A stretch of DNA of 64,000 nt, from contig JBBRLQ010000021.1 of assembly GCA_038231275.1 (NCBI GenBank), forward strand, positions 1 to 64,000. The letters are read 5' to 3'. Positions 15,284 through 23,345 of this stretch are shown piece after piece; position 1 is the stretch's first letter, and each line of letters opens with the position of its first letter. The position numbers were made by a program, and so were the translations under genes. The notes beneath the pieces were generated by a model that saw only the letters and a program-made list of their open reading frames with translations, searched no databases and had not been told where the DNA came from. The DNA comes from Polyangiales bacterium. GTDB lineage: Bacteria > Myxococcota_A > Polyangia > Polyangiales > Polyangiaceae.

Positions 15284-16036
15284 ATGAACCCGTTCGACCG
15301 CGCCTTGCTTCACGCCAAGCGAGGGGACTCGCCGGCGGCAAGGCTCGCGCGTCACGCGTACCATCGCCTCCTCGCGTGGGATTTGCCAGAGACGGAGGCA
15401 CTGAAGGTGCTTTACGGCACCGCGTTCCAGCTCGACTACCTCGCGACCGACGCGAAAGAGTGGGCTCTCTCGAAGCTCTTCTACTCGCCGATGGTCCGCT
15501 CGCGATGCGACAGCGTCGGCAAGGGACTCAACGTGACTGCGCCGCCGTACGTTCGCGGCAACGTACGCATCCACATCGGCAACTTCTGTAATTTTTCGAG
15601 CTTCGACATCCGCACCGGGAAATTTCCGAAGGATCCGGTGCTCACGTTCGGCGACGACGTGTGGGTCGGCTCGAAGGTCCTCATCATGCTCACCAAGAGC
15701 ATCACGATCGGCAGCCACGTCCTCATCGCCGGCCGCACGGACATCCAGGACGCCGACGGCCACCCGTCCGAGAGCGATCGCCGCGAGCGCTTCGAGCAGA
15801 TGGCCGAGGAGGACAGTAAATCCGTCATCATCCACGACTACGCGTGGCTCGGCCGCGACGTGCACGTGCTGAAGGGCGTCACGATCGGCCGCGGCGCGGT
15901 GGTGGCGGCCGGCTCGGTCGTCGCGGCGGACGTGCCCGATCATGCGCTGGCGATGGGCGTCCCCGCGCGCGTGGTGAAGGTGAGCCCTCCACCGGAGGCA
16001 GACATCCCTCCGTACTCGCGGCCCTACACGCGGTAG
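15284..16036 (+). CDS. Left-handed beta-helix (hexapeptide repeat) acyltransferase, copy 2
   Basis: ITIGSHVLIAGRTDIQDADGHP...DYAWLGRDVHVLKGVTIGRGAVVAAGSVVAADVP...GVPAR. Starts 1 nt after the stop of copy 1. Confidence 0.9.
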   Translation: MNPFDRALLHAKRGDSPAARLARHAYHRLLAWDLPETEALKVLYGTAFQLDYLATDAKEWALSKLFYSPMVRSRCDSVGKGLNVTAPPYVRGNVRIHIGNFCNFSSFDIRTGKFPKDPVLTFGDDVWVGSKVLIMLTKSITIGSHVLIAGRTDIQDADGHPSESDRRERFEQMAEEDSKSVIIHDYAWLGRDVHVLKGVTIGRGAVVAAGSVVAADVPDHALAMGVPARVVKVSPPPEADIPPYSRPYTR

Positions 16037-16083
16037 GCGGCGGCGCGCTGCTCCTCACGGCTTCCACGGGTTCATTGGCCCCA

Positions 16084-16136
16084 GAGTCGGAGTCGGAGTC
16101 GGAGTCGGAGTCGGGGTCCGGGTCGGGTCCGGGTCG
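16084..16136. repeat. Intergenic hexamer microsatellite
   Basis: (GAGTCG)x5 at 16084-16113 followed by GGGTCC/GGGTCG variants. Confidence 0.85.
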
Positions 16137-16239
16137 GCGTCGGAAAAATAGCGCGGAATCTTCGATAGATGGCCCCCACGAAAATCCTCTGTCACAGTTG
16201 GATCGCCTCCCGCGACGATCGGGTGTGTACGCCCTCAAG

Positions 16240-17178
16240 ATGCCCGCCGAAGCCCACGCACTGACCGATCCCCGTTTTCGTCGCGCGCTCACCCAGATGG
16301 TGCGCCGCCGCGTGCCCGAGAGCGAGGCGGAGGACATCGTGCAGTCGTCGCTCGCCGAGGCGCTCGCGTCCGAGCGCGCCCCGGCCGAGATGGATTCGTT
16401 GCGGCGGTTCGTGTGGGGGATTGCTCGCCACAAAGTCGCCGATTTCTACCGCCGCGCCCGTCGCGAGCGGCTCGACGTGCCGGAGATGGAAGGCGAGGGC
16501 GCGCCGCACAGCGAGCACGACCTGTTGCGCTGGGCCGCGCGCGAGCTTCCGGACGGCAAGGACGCGGAGCAGACGCTCCAGTGGATGCTCCGCGAAGGGG
16601 AAGGGGAGAAGCTCGAGGCGATCGCCGAGGCCGAGAACGTCCCCGCGCCGCGCGTGCGCCAGCGCGTGAGCCGTCTGCGCAAGCACCTGCGCGAGCGATG
16701 GGCGATCGAGATCGCGGCGCTCGCGGCGATCGGCGTCGTCGTGGCGCTCATCGTGTGGGAGATGAACCGTCAGCCCGGCAAGCCGATCACCAATGAGCCG
16801 GCGCTCCACGAAGAGCCCAAGCTGAAAGCGCCGGAGCCCCCGAAGTCGATGCCAGGGACCACCGACGTACCGAACGATTCGGCCAACCCGCTGCAGGTGG
16901 CGCCGCCGGTCCCCTCGAGCGTGCCAACGACCTCGCTCACGCCGGGGCCCACGATCGATCCGACGGCAGCCCCGCGGCCCACCGCGCCGCCGTCGAGCGG
17001 CACGCCGTCGATCCCGGCGCCGCCCGCAAAGAGCAAGTCGAGCGGCAAGCCGGCCCCGATGGGGAAGACGTCGTCCGTCTTCGACTCGGACGGGACCCCC
17101 TCGCCCGCGCCGGACGTGAAGTCCGACGCCGAGACGAAGAAGCTGATGGAGCGCAGCCTCGGCGGGTCGAAGAAGTAG
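16240..17178 (+). CDS. ECF-type RNA polymerase sigma factor fused to a TM helix and Pro-rich tail
   Basis: Region 2 EAEDIVQSSL...FVWGIARHKVADFYRR, region 4 EGEKLEAIAEAENVPAPRVRQRVSRLRKHL, then IAALAAIGVVVALIVW and a P/S/T-rich tail. Confidence 0.8.
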   Translation: MPAEAHALTDPRFRRALTQMVRRRVPESEAEDIVQSSLAEALASERAPAEMDSLRRFVWGIARHKVADFYRRARRERLDVPEMEGEGAPHSEHDLLRWAARELPDGKDAEQTLQWMLREGEGEKLEAIAEAENVPAPRVRQRVSRLRKHLRERWAIEIAALAAIGVVVALIVWEMNRQPGKPITNEPALHEEPKLKAPEPPKSMPGTTDVPNDSANPLQVAPPVPSSVPTTSLTPGPTIDPTAAPRPTAPPSSGTPSIPAPPAKSKSSGKPAPMGKTSSVFDSDGTPSPAPDVKSDAETKKLMERSLGGSKK

Positions 17179-17181
17179 CCG

Positions 17182-17778
17182 CTACTTCTGCTGCGGGCGC
17201 GTCGACGTGTCGCCGGGGGCGAGGTTCTCGAAGGAGAGAGTGCGCCCGCTCTCGAGACGCACGCGCCAGAGCGGCACGATCTGGATGCCAGCCTTGCCGA
17301 GCGAGCGCGTCGCACCTTCGAGCTGGTGCTTGACGAAGAAGCTCGCCTCCCACTTCATCCCCATCGCCTTTAGCGCGTGCAGCTCCACCAAGAACCCCAC
17401 GCGCCGCAGGCCGCCGCCGCGCAGCTCGGGAGGTGTCCAGGCGTCGTAGCCGTAGCCGACATCGGGCGCGGTCTCGAACGTGCAGCCAGGGAGGTACGGG
17501 TAGTCGATCGTGCGGCGCGAATGAAGCCACGTGTACGAGACGACGCGTTCTCCGTCGAGGCCGAGGACCCAATACTCACCGCGCGCCAGGCGCGTGCGCA
17601 GATCTTCGACGTGCTCGGCGTTGTGATGCTCCACCGGCAACCGCGCGAGATCGGCCTCGGTTCCCTGCACCCACCGCACGCGCTTTGCCTCGGGGGAGGC
17701 GTTGGGATCATCGAGAGGAACGTCGGTCGAGCATTTGCAGACGTAGACCTCGCGCGCCAGAACGATCACGCGGAACAT
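17182..17778 (-). CDS. GNAT-fold acyltransferase-like protein
   Basis: RLARGEYWVLGLDGERVVSYTW...GYGYDAWTPPELRGGGL (CoA-binding motif A). Start uncertain (17778 or 17808). Confidence 0.7.
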   Translation of the reverse strand: MFRVIVLAREVYVCKCSTDVPLDDPNASPEAKRVRWVQGTEADLARLPVEHHNAEHVEDLRTRLARGEYWVLGLDGERVVSYTWLHSRRTIDYPYLPGCTFETAPDVGYGYDAWTPPELRGGGLRRVGFLVELHALKAMGMKWEASFFVKHQLEGATRSLGKAGIQIVPLWRVRLESGRTLSFENLAPGDTSTRPQQK

Positions 17779-17830
17779 CGTACATGATCCGGAGTATGTT
17801 GGTGCCATCGCTGCGAAGGCCTCGTCTCTT

Positions 17831-19300
17831 TTGGGCAGTGCCGTTCGGGGTGCCGCATGGACGATCCTCACTGGGATCGGATCCCGCATCGTCGGCCTCT
17901 TCGGAACGCTCTGGCTCACCTACTACCTGGCGCCTGAAGTCCAAGGCGAGGTGTCGGACGCGTTCATCGTCGTCCTGACGGCGCATCAGCTCTCCACGCT
18001 CGGGGTGCAGCAGTACCTCGTGGCCGGACCCGAGCCCGAGAAGGGGCTGGCGTGGCACGTGACGGTGTTCCAGTTCGTCCTCGGGCTCGTCGCGTTCGGC
18101 GCAGTGATCCTCCTGCGCGATCAGTTCGGCGGGTTCCTCCACGCGCCGACCATGGGTCAGTACGTGCCAGGCCTCGCGCTCGCGATGTTCATCGAGCGCC
18201 TTGGCACGGTCCCCGAGCGCTTGCTCTCGCGCCAGATGAAGTTCCGCACGATCGGGCTTGGCCGAACGCTCGGGGAGATGGCCTACACCGTCGTGAGCGT
18301 CGTGCTCGCGTGGCGGGGCTTCGGCGGCATGGCGATCGTGTACGGCAACATCGTCCGCACCATCCTCTACTTCGGAGTGCTCGCGCGCGCGACGCCTCGG
18401 GCCGCGTGGATCTCCCCGAAGACGCCGCTCTCCCTCGACGCGCTGCGGCCGGCGCTCCGCTATGGGCTGCCGCTGTGGGTCGGCGCGTTCGCGACGTTCG
18501 TGTCGCGGCGCTGGGACAACCTGATCATCTCGGCGCTCTTCGGCGCGCACGTCGTGGGCGAGTACAACCTCGCGTACAACCTCGCGGACATTCCGGCCAC
18601 GCAGGTCGGCGAGCAAATCGGCGACGTGCTCTTCCCCAGCTTCGCGCGGATGGAGCCCGAAGATCGCAAGCGCGCGCTCGTCCGGTCGACGGGCCTCTTG
18701 TCGCTCGTCGTGTTCCCACTCGCGGTCGGCCTCGGCGCCGTCGCGCCGACGGTCGTGCACGTCATGCTGCGTCCCGAGTGGTACGGCGTCGCGCCGATGC
18801 TCGTCATCCTGTCGGCGCTCAGCGTGACACGCCCGGTCGGGTGGACGATCCAAGCGTACCTCCAGGCGTCGCACCGGCCGCGCGCGTCCATGTGGCTCGG
18901 GCTCGCGAAGATCGCGTTTCTCATGACGGCGATGGTGGTGTTAGGAAAGCTCACCGGGCAGCCTCTGTGGGCGTGCGGGGCGGTGGGGCTCGCCTTCGGG
19001 CTGCACTCGCTCGCGAGCATGTTCGTCGTCTCGCGCGACGACGCGGTCAGCGTCTGGACGCTCCTCGGTCGCTGCGCGCCGCCGCTCCTCGCCACGTTGC
19101 CGATGGCCGCGGCGATCTACGGCGTGCGCGTCGCGATGGAGCGGACCGGTGGGGTCCCTCCGATCGCCGGCCTCGCGATCGAGCTCGTGACAGGCGGCGT
19201 CGCGTACATCGTGAGCGCGCTCGTCCTGGCGCGCACGACGGCGCGCGACTTCACGACCCTCGTGCGCGACGCGATCCAGCGGCGACGCGGGAAGGCGTAG
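17831..19300 (+). CDS. Wzx/PST-family oligosaccharide flippase (polysaccharide biosynthesis protein)
   Basis: AVRGAAWT start, LLSRQMKFRTI, RWDNLIISALFGAHVVGEYNLAYNLA, VLFPSFAR, about 12-14 hydrophobic helices. Confidence 0.9.
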   Translation: MGSAVRGAAWTILTGIGSRIVGLFGTLWLTYYLAPEVQGEVSDAFIVVLTAHQLSTLGVQQYLVAGPEPEKGLAWHVTVFQFVLGLVAFGAVILLRDQFGGFLHAPTMGQYVPGLALAMFIERLGTVPERLLSRQMKFRTIGLGRTLGEMAYTVVSVVLAWRGFGGMAIVYGNIVRTILYFGVLARATPRAAWISPKTPLSLDALRPALRYGLPLWVGAFATFVSRRWDNLIISALFGAHVVGEYNLAYNLADIPATQVGEQIGDVLFPSFARMEPEDRKRALVRSTGLLSLVVFPLAVGLGAVAPTVVHVMLRPEWYGVAPMLVILSALSVTRPVGWTIQAYLQASHRPRASMWLGLAKIAFLMTAMVVLGKLTGQPLWACGAVGLAFGLHSLASMFVVSRDDAVSVWTLLGRCAPPLLATLPMAAAIYGVRVAMERTGGVPPIAGLAIELVTGGVAYIVSALVLARTTARDFTTLVRDAIQRRRGKA

Positions 19301-20165
19301 CCTCCGAGGTGGAGCGCCCGCCGATCGCGCGGAAGGCCCGCTCGGCCTCAGGCAAGCCGATCGCGACGAGGCCTGGCACCACGTCCTCGCGCATGCCGTC
19401 CCAGAACGCGCGCGCGTAGCCGGCGTCGGTCAGCGTGCCGAAGTTGGGAGAATCGACGCCGCTTCGTGCTTCGGGTCGCGCGCGCGCCCAGGCCTCGCCG
19501 TGCGCCGCGCCGCACATGTCGCGGTAGTGCGCGAAGACCTCGACGAGCTGGCGCGCGAGGACGTCGCGTTCACGCCGGCACGCGGCGGTCCCGTCGTCGC
19601 GCATGAGGAGCGCCCCGAGCTCCCACCCGAGGCGCCCGTGGAAGGTCTCGTCGTCCACGATCGCACGGACCGCGTCCTTCGCGACGGGCACGGTGGCGAC
19701 GCGAAGGCACCTTCGGAACATGAGGCCGCTTAGCGTCTCGCCGATGCAGAACGCGGCGATGACGGTCCCGCGCACATGGGCACGCAACGTCCGCGCGGTC
19801 ACCGGGAGATGAAGCGCGCCGGGATCGACGTCCGCCGCATCGCCGCCGCAGAGCTCCGTCATGCGGAGCGCGATGTCGGTGTGGCGAACCTCGTCGGCGA
19901 TCATGCGTGCGAAGGCCCCCGCCCAGTCGAGCGGCGCGACGAGCACGTGGAGCTGCGACGACAGCTGCGTGAAGAGCGCGAGCGAATGGAATTCCTGCGC
20001 CGCCCGCGCATGCCACGCCTCCGCTGCCGCGGACAGCTGCGCCTTCGAGTAGTCCTCGCGCGCGAGCTCCCACCGGATCGTTCCGCGGCGCGGCGCGGCG
20101 ATCTTCGCGTGCTCGGCGGCGAGCTCGAGATCGCCCGCGTCGGTCGCGCGCCGGAGCCGTACCAT
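19251..20165 (-). CDS. Ferritin-like di-iron domain protein
   Basis: QEFHS...DEVRH...GETLS...DDETFH pattern (E, ExxH, E, ExxH). The 3' end overlaps the convergent flippase by 50 bp. Confidence 0.8.
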   Translation of the reverse strand: MVRLRRATDAGDLELAAEHAKIAAPRRGTIRWELAREDYSKAQLSAAAEAWHARAAQEFHSLALFTQLSSQLHVLVAPLDWAGAFARMIADEVRHTDIALRMTELCGGDAADVDPGALHLPVTARTLRAHVRGTVIAAFCIGETLSGLMFRRCLRVATVPVAKDAVRAIVDDETFHGRLGWELGALLMRDDGTAACRRERDVLARQLVEVFAHYRDMCGAAHGEAWARARPEARSGVDSPNFGTLTDAGYARAFWDGMREDVVPGLVAIGLPEAERAFRAIGGRSTSEATPSRVAAGSRRARGS

Positions 20166-20189
20166 CGTTCCCGCCCGCGCCCGCCCGCG

Positions 20190-20465
20190 CTACTTGGTCT
20201 CGGAGTCGTCGGGCATCGGGAGAATGCGCCCGGGCGGCGCGTTCAGGATCGGAAAGCGGCGCCTTCCCCCGTCTCCGCCACCGTCAGCGTCGACGAGCGG
20301 CGCGCTGGCGGTCGCGGGCGGCGTTGCCGTCGCGTTCATCGTCGGAGGCTGCGGCGGCTCGGCCGGCGCGGCCTTGTCGCACCCGGCGGCGAAGGGGACC
20401 ACCGCGCCGAGGAGGGCGGCGCCTTGCGTGAGGGCGGCGAGCCGAGCGAGCCGTGAGATCTTCAT
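20190..20465 (-). CDS. Small Pro-rich lipoprotein (91 aa)
   Basis: MKISRLARLAALTQGAALLGAVVPFAAGC lipobox. Fits between the epimerase and ferritin-like genes on the same strand. Confidence 0.6.
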   Translation of the reverse strand: MKISRLARLAALTQGAALLGAVVPFAAGCDKAAPAEPPQPPTMNATATPPATASAPLVDADGGGDGGRRRFPILNAPPGRILPMPDDSETK

Positions 20466-20482
20466 GGTCCCCGGTGGTAGCA

Positions 20483-21424
20483 CTACCAGCGGTCCTCGTC
20501 GACGCCGCGCACCGTCTCCTCGACGCTCATCTGCGGGGAAAATTCCAGGTCCTGCCGCGCGCGCGCGTCGTCGACCATGCAGACGTAGCGGATGTGATCG
20601 AGCTCCGGCGCCGGGAAGGTGGTGAGGCGCAGGGACCACATCCTCCGGACGAGCATCTTGCCGATCGTGTACGGCACCGGCAGGCTGGCGCGGCCGAGCA
20701 TCTTGATCGCGCGAGAGAGCGGGAGCGGCTCGGGACCCGCGACGTTGTAGATGCCGCGCTTGGACGGCGCGAGCGCCCGCCGGATCGCGCCGACGACGTC
20801 CGACTCGTGGATGACCTGGACCATCGGGTCGAACCCCATGAGCGTCGGCACCGTCGGCAAGCGCAAGAAATTCGACGGCGCGTTCCGCACGGTGCCGAGG
20901 ATGTGCACCGGCCGGAGGATGACCGTCTCGGTCTGCGGGTGCTTCCAGAAGAAGCCCTGCGCCAGCATGTCGACCTCGATGAGATCGCGGATTTCGCTGA
21001 ACCGCGCACCCCCCAGCAGCGGCGCGTCCTCGGTCAGGAACTGCGCATTACCGGCCTGCGGCCCGTAGACGTTTGCGCTCGAGAGGACGACGAGCTTCGG
21101 CACCTTGAACTGCGCGACGTACTCGAGCAGCTTCGCGAAGCCGGCGACGTTCCACTCGTGGTGCTCGGACGCCGACGCCCGCGGATCGTGCATGACGCCG
21201 AGGTGCACGACCGCCTGCACGTCGCCGTGGCGGAATACGTCCTTCAGCTTCTTCCGGCGGATGTCGACCTGCTCGTGGTCGACGTCCTTCGGTTTGTCGG
21301 GGAAGGGGCGTCGGTCGACGCCGATGACCTTGCGCTCGCGGTGCAGCACGCGCGCCAGGCGCTTGCCGAGCCTGCCGCAGATCCCGGTGATGACGACCGC
21401 GCCCGCCCCTTCCATCGCGCTCAC
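20483..21424 (-). CDS. NAD-dependent epimerase/dehydratase (extended SDR)
   Basis: VVITGICGRLG Rossmann motif, VVHLG, VLSSANVYG, ILRPVHILG, GIYNVAG. GTGA overlap with the upstream acyltransferase. Confidence 0.88.
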   Translation of the reverse strand: MSAMEGAGAVVITGICGRLGKRLARVLHRERKVIGVDRRPFPDKPKDVDHEQVDIRRKKLKDVFRHGDVQAVVHLGVMHDPRASASEHHEWNVAGFAKLLEYVAQFKVPKLVVLSSANVYGPQAGNAQFLTEDAPLLGGARFSEIRDLIEVDMLAQGFFWKHPQTETVILRPVHILGTVRNAPSNFLRLPTVPTLMGFDPMVQVIHESDVVGAIRRALAPSKRGIYNVAGPEPLPLSRAIKMLGRASLPVPYTIGKMLVRRMWSLRLTTFPAPELDHIRYVCMVDDARARQDLEFSPQMSVEETVRGVDEDRW

Positions 21425-22335
21425 CAGAACACGTGCTTGCGGTCCTTGACGCCGCGGTTGAGCATCGACTGAATCATCGATTTGACGACCCACACCTTCT
21501 CTTCCATGACGGCGTCGTCATCGTCGGGGTCGCCGTCGAAGGTCATCGGCTCGCCGAAGTAGATGCGGTACTTGGTGGGGAGGGGGAGCTGGCCGCCGGG
21601 GAGGAGTAGCTGCGGGATCACCGGAAACGATGGCATGCGGAGGAGCTTCGCCAACGTCTCCACGTTCGCGACGCTCACGTACTGCTCCTCACCGCCGACG
21701 ACGGCGACCGGCACGATCGGCGTCCCAGTCTCGATCGCGAGGCGCATGAAGCCGAGGCCGAAGTCGGTGAGCTGGTAGCGGCGATCGAACGTCTTGCTGA
21801 TGCCGCGCGCGCCTTCCGGGAAGACGAGGAGCGCCTCACCTTGCTCGAGCAAGCGCTGCGCGTTCTCGGGGACGCCGACGACCTGGCCCACACGCGCGAA
21901 CAGCATGGACACGAAGGGGAGCGTCTGCGTCCACTTCTCCACCATCGCGCGGACGAAGCGCGGAGGCTCGACGTCCATGAAGAGCGCGGCGCCGATGAGC
22001 GCGCCGTCGATCGGAACCTGGCCCGAGTGGTTGGCGATGAGGAGCACGCGCCCGGTGGGGATGTTGGCGGCGCCGTAGACCTCGGTGCGGAAATAGCGGC
22101 GGTGAAGGAACGCCGCGGATGCGAGGGCCCACTTCGTCCACTGCGGGTCGAGACCGAAGGGGTCGGTCCCTTGCGTCGTGAGCGCGAGCGGGACGCGCTC
22201 GAGGCGGCGGTTGAAGTCCTCGCCGAGCAGCCCCGTCATCCACCCGTCGACCGCGCCGCCGGCGGTGCCGAGCAGGCCCTTCGCCAGGGCACGCGCGCCG
22301 CGCGCGAACGATCCAATGCGGGCGAGGTTCGACAC
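21421..22335 (-). CDS. Lysophospholipid/1-acyl-sn-glycerol-3-phosphate acyltransferase family protein (PlsC-like)
   Basis: DPFGLDP, IANHSGQVPIDG (HxxxxD), VFPEGARG, PIVPVAVVG. Start trimmed to GTG 22335. Confidence 0.88.
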   Translation of the reverse strand: MSNLARIGSFARGARALAKGLLGTAGGAVDGWMTGLLGEDFNRRLERVPLALTTQGTDPFGLDPQWTKWALASAAFLHRRYFRTEVYGAANIPTGRVLLIANHSGQVPIDGALIGAALFMDVEPPRFVRAMVEKWTQTLPFVSMLFARVGQVVGVPENAQRLLEQGEALLVFPEGARGISKTFDRRYQLTDFGLGFMRLAIETGTPIVPVAVVGGEEQYVSVANVETLAKLLRMPSFPVIPQLLLPGGQLPLPTKYRIYFGEPMTFDGDPDDDDAVMEEKVWVVKSMIQSMLNRGVKDRKHVFW

Positions 22336-22434
22336 GGCCTTGGGATACCCGACACGCGCGCCGAGGTCGATAGTCGAAAGTGCGACGCCCCCGTCGCGCA
22401 TCGCGTGCGCCGCACGCTGTGGTAGTCGTGGGCG

Positions 22435-23328
22435 ATGCGCTTTCCTTCGCCGCTGCGGCCTGGCGATCGCGTCATCGTCGTCGCGCCGTCGAGCCCCTTC
22501 GATTCGGCAGACCTCGAGCGCGGCCTCGCGTGGCTGCGCGAGAGGTACGAGGTCGTCGTCGACGAGACGGGCGTACGCGCGCGGGCTGGCTACCTCGCCG
22601 GCGACGACGCGCGCCGAGCGGCCGAGCTCGCGGGGGCGATGGGCGATCCGCAGGCGCGCGCGATCGTGGCGGCGCGCGGTGGGTACGGAGCGATGCGAAT
22701 CCTCGACGCCCTCCCGTGGGACGCGTGGGCGGCGCGGCCGTCGTGGCTCGTCGGCTTCAGCGACATCACCGCCCTGCACGTCGAGGCGAACCGTCGCGGC
22801 GTCGCGAGCGTCCATGGGCCCCACGTCACCGGGCTCGGCCGCGGCGAGCACGCCGTCGTCCGCGACTCCTTTCGCGCGTCGCTCGAGGAGCCAACTGCGC
22901 CGCGCGTTTGGGAGGGGCTTCGCGTCGTGCATTCGGGGAGCGCCGTGACTGGCCCGCTCGTCGGAGGCAACCTCGCGCTCGTCGAAGCCATGGCTGCAGC
23001 CGGCCGCGATCCAATCCCGCCCGGCGCCGTGCTCGCGCTCGAAGACGTCACCGAGCGCCCCTACCGCCTCGACCGCATGCTCACTTCGCTCCGTCTCTCG
23101 GGCGCCCTCGCGCGCGCCGCGGCGATCGTCTTCGGCGACTTCGACAAATGCGATCCCGGGCCCGACGGGGTCAGCGCCTGGGACGTGCTCGCCGAGCGCA
23201 CGGCAGATCTCGGCGTCCCCGTCGTCGCTGGAGCACCGTTTGGGCACTCCGCGCGGAACGAGGCGTTCGTCCTCGGCGCGCACGTCACCGTCGACGGCAG
23301 CGCCGTCCGCTTCGCATCATTCACGTGA
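22435..23328 (+). CDS. ldcA: LD-carboxypeptidase (S66 peptidase)
   Basis: LRPGDRVIVVAPSS, ARGGYG, GFSDIT (Ser), LEDVTE (Glu), PFGH (His). Confidence 0.92.
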   Translation: MRFPSPLRPGDRVIVVAPSSPFDSADLERGLAWLRERYEVVVDETGVRARAGYLAGDDARRAAELAGAMGDPQARAIVAARGGYGAMRILDALPWDAWAARPSWLVGFSDITALHVEANRRGVASVHGPHVTGLGRGEHAVVRDSFRASLEEPTAPRVWEGLRVVHSGSAVTGPLVGGNLALVEAMAAAGRDPIPPGAVLALEDVTERPYRLDRMLTSLRLSGALARAAAIVFGDFDKCDPGPDGVSAWDVLAERTADLGVPVVAGAPFGHSARNEAFVLGAHVTVDGSAVRFASFT

Positions 23329-23345
23329 AAGGAGCGTGAGCCGAC

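Noticed and set aside
16084..16136. CRISPR array
   Set aside because: Simple hexamer microsatellite with no spacers and no cas genes.
15844..16239. N-terminal extension of the ECF sigma ORF (ESESES...)
   Set aside because: It overlaps the acyltransferase and runs through the microsatellite; sigma homology starts at ATG 16240.
22336..23283. N-terminal extension of the PlsC-like ORF
   Set aside because: Antisense to the well-supported LD-carboxypeptidase.
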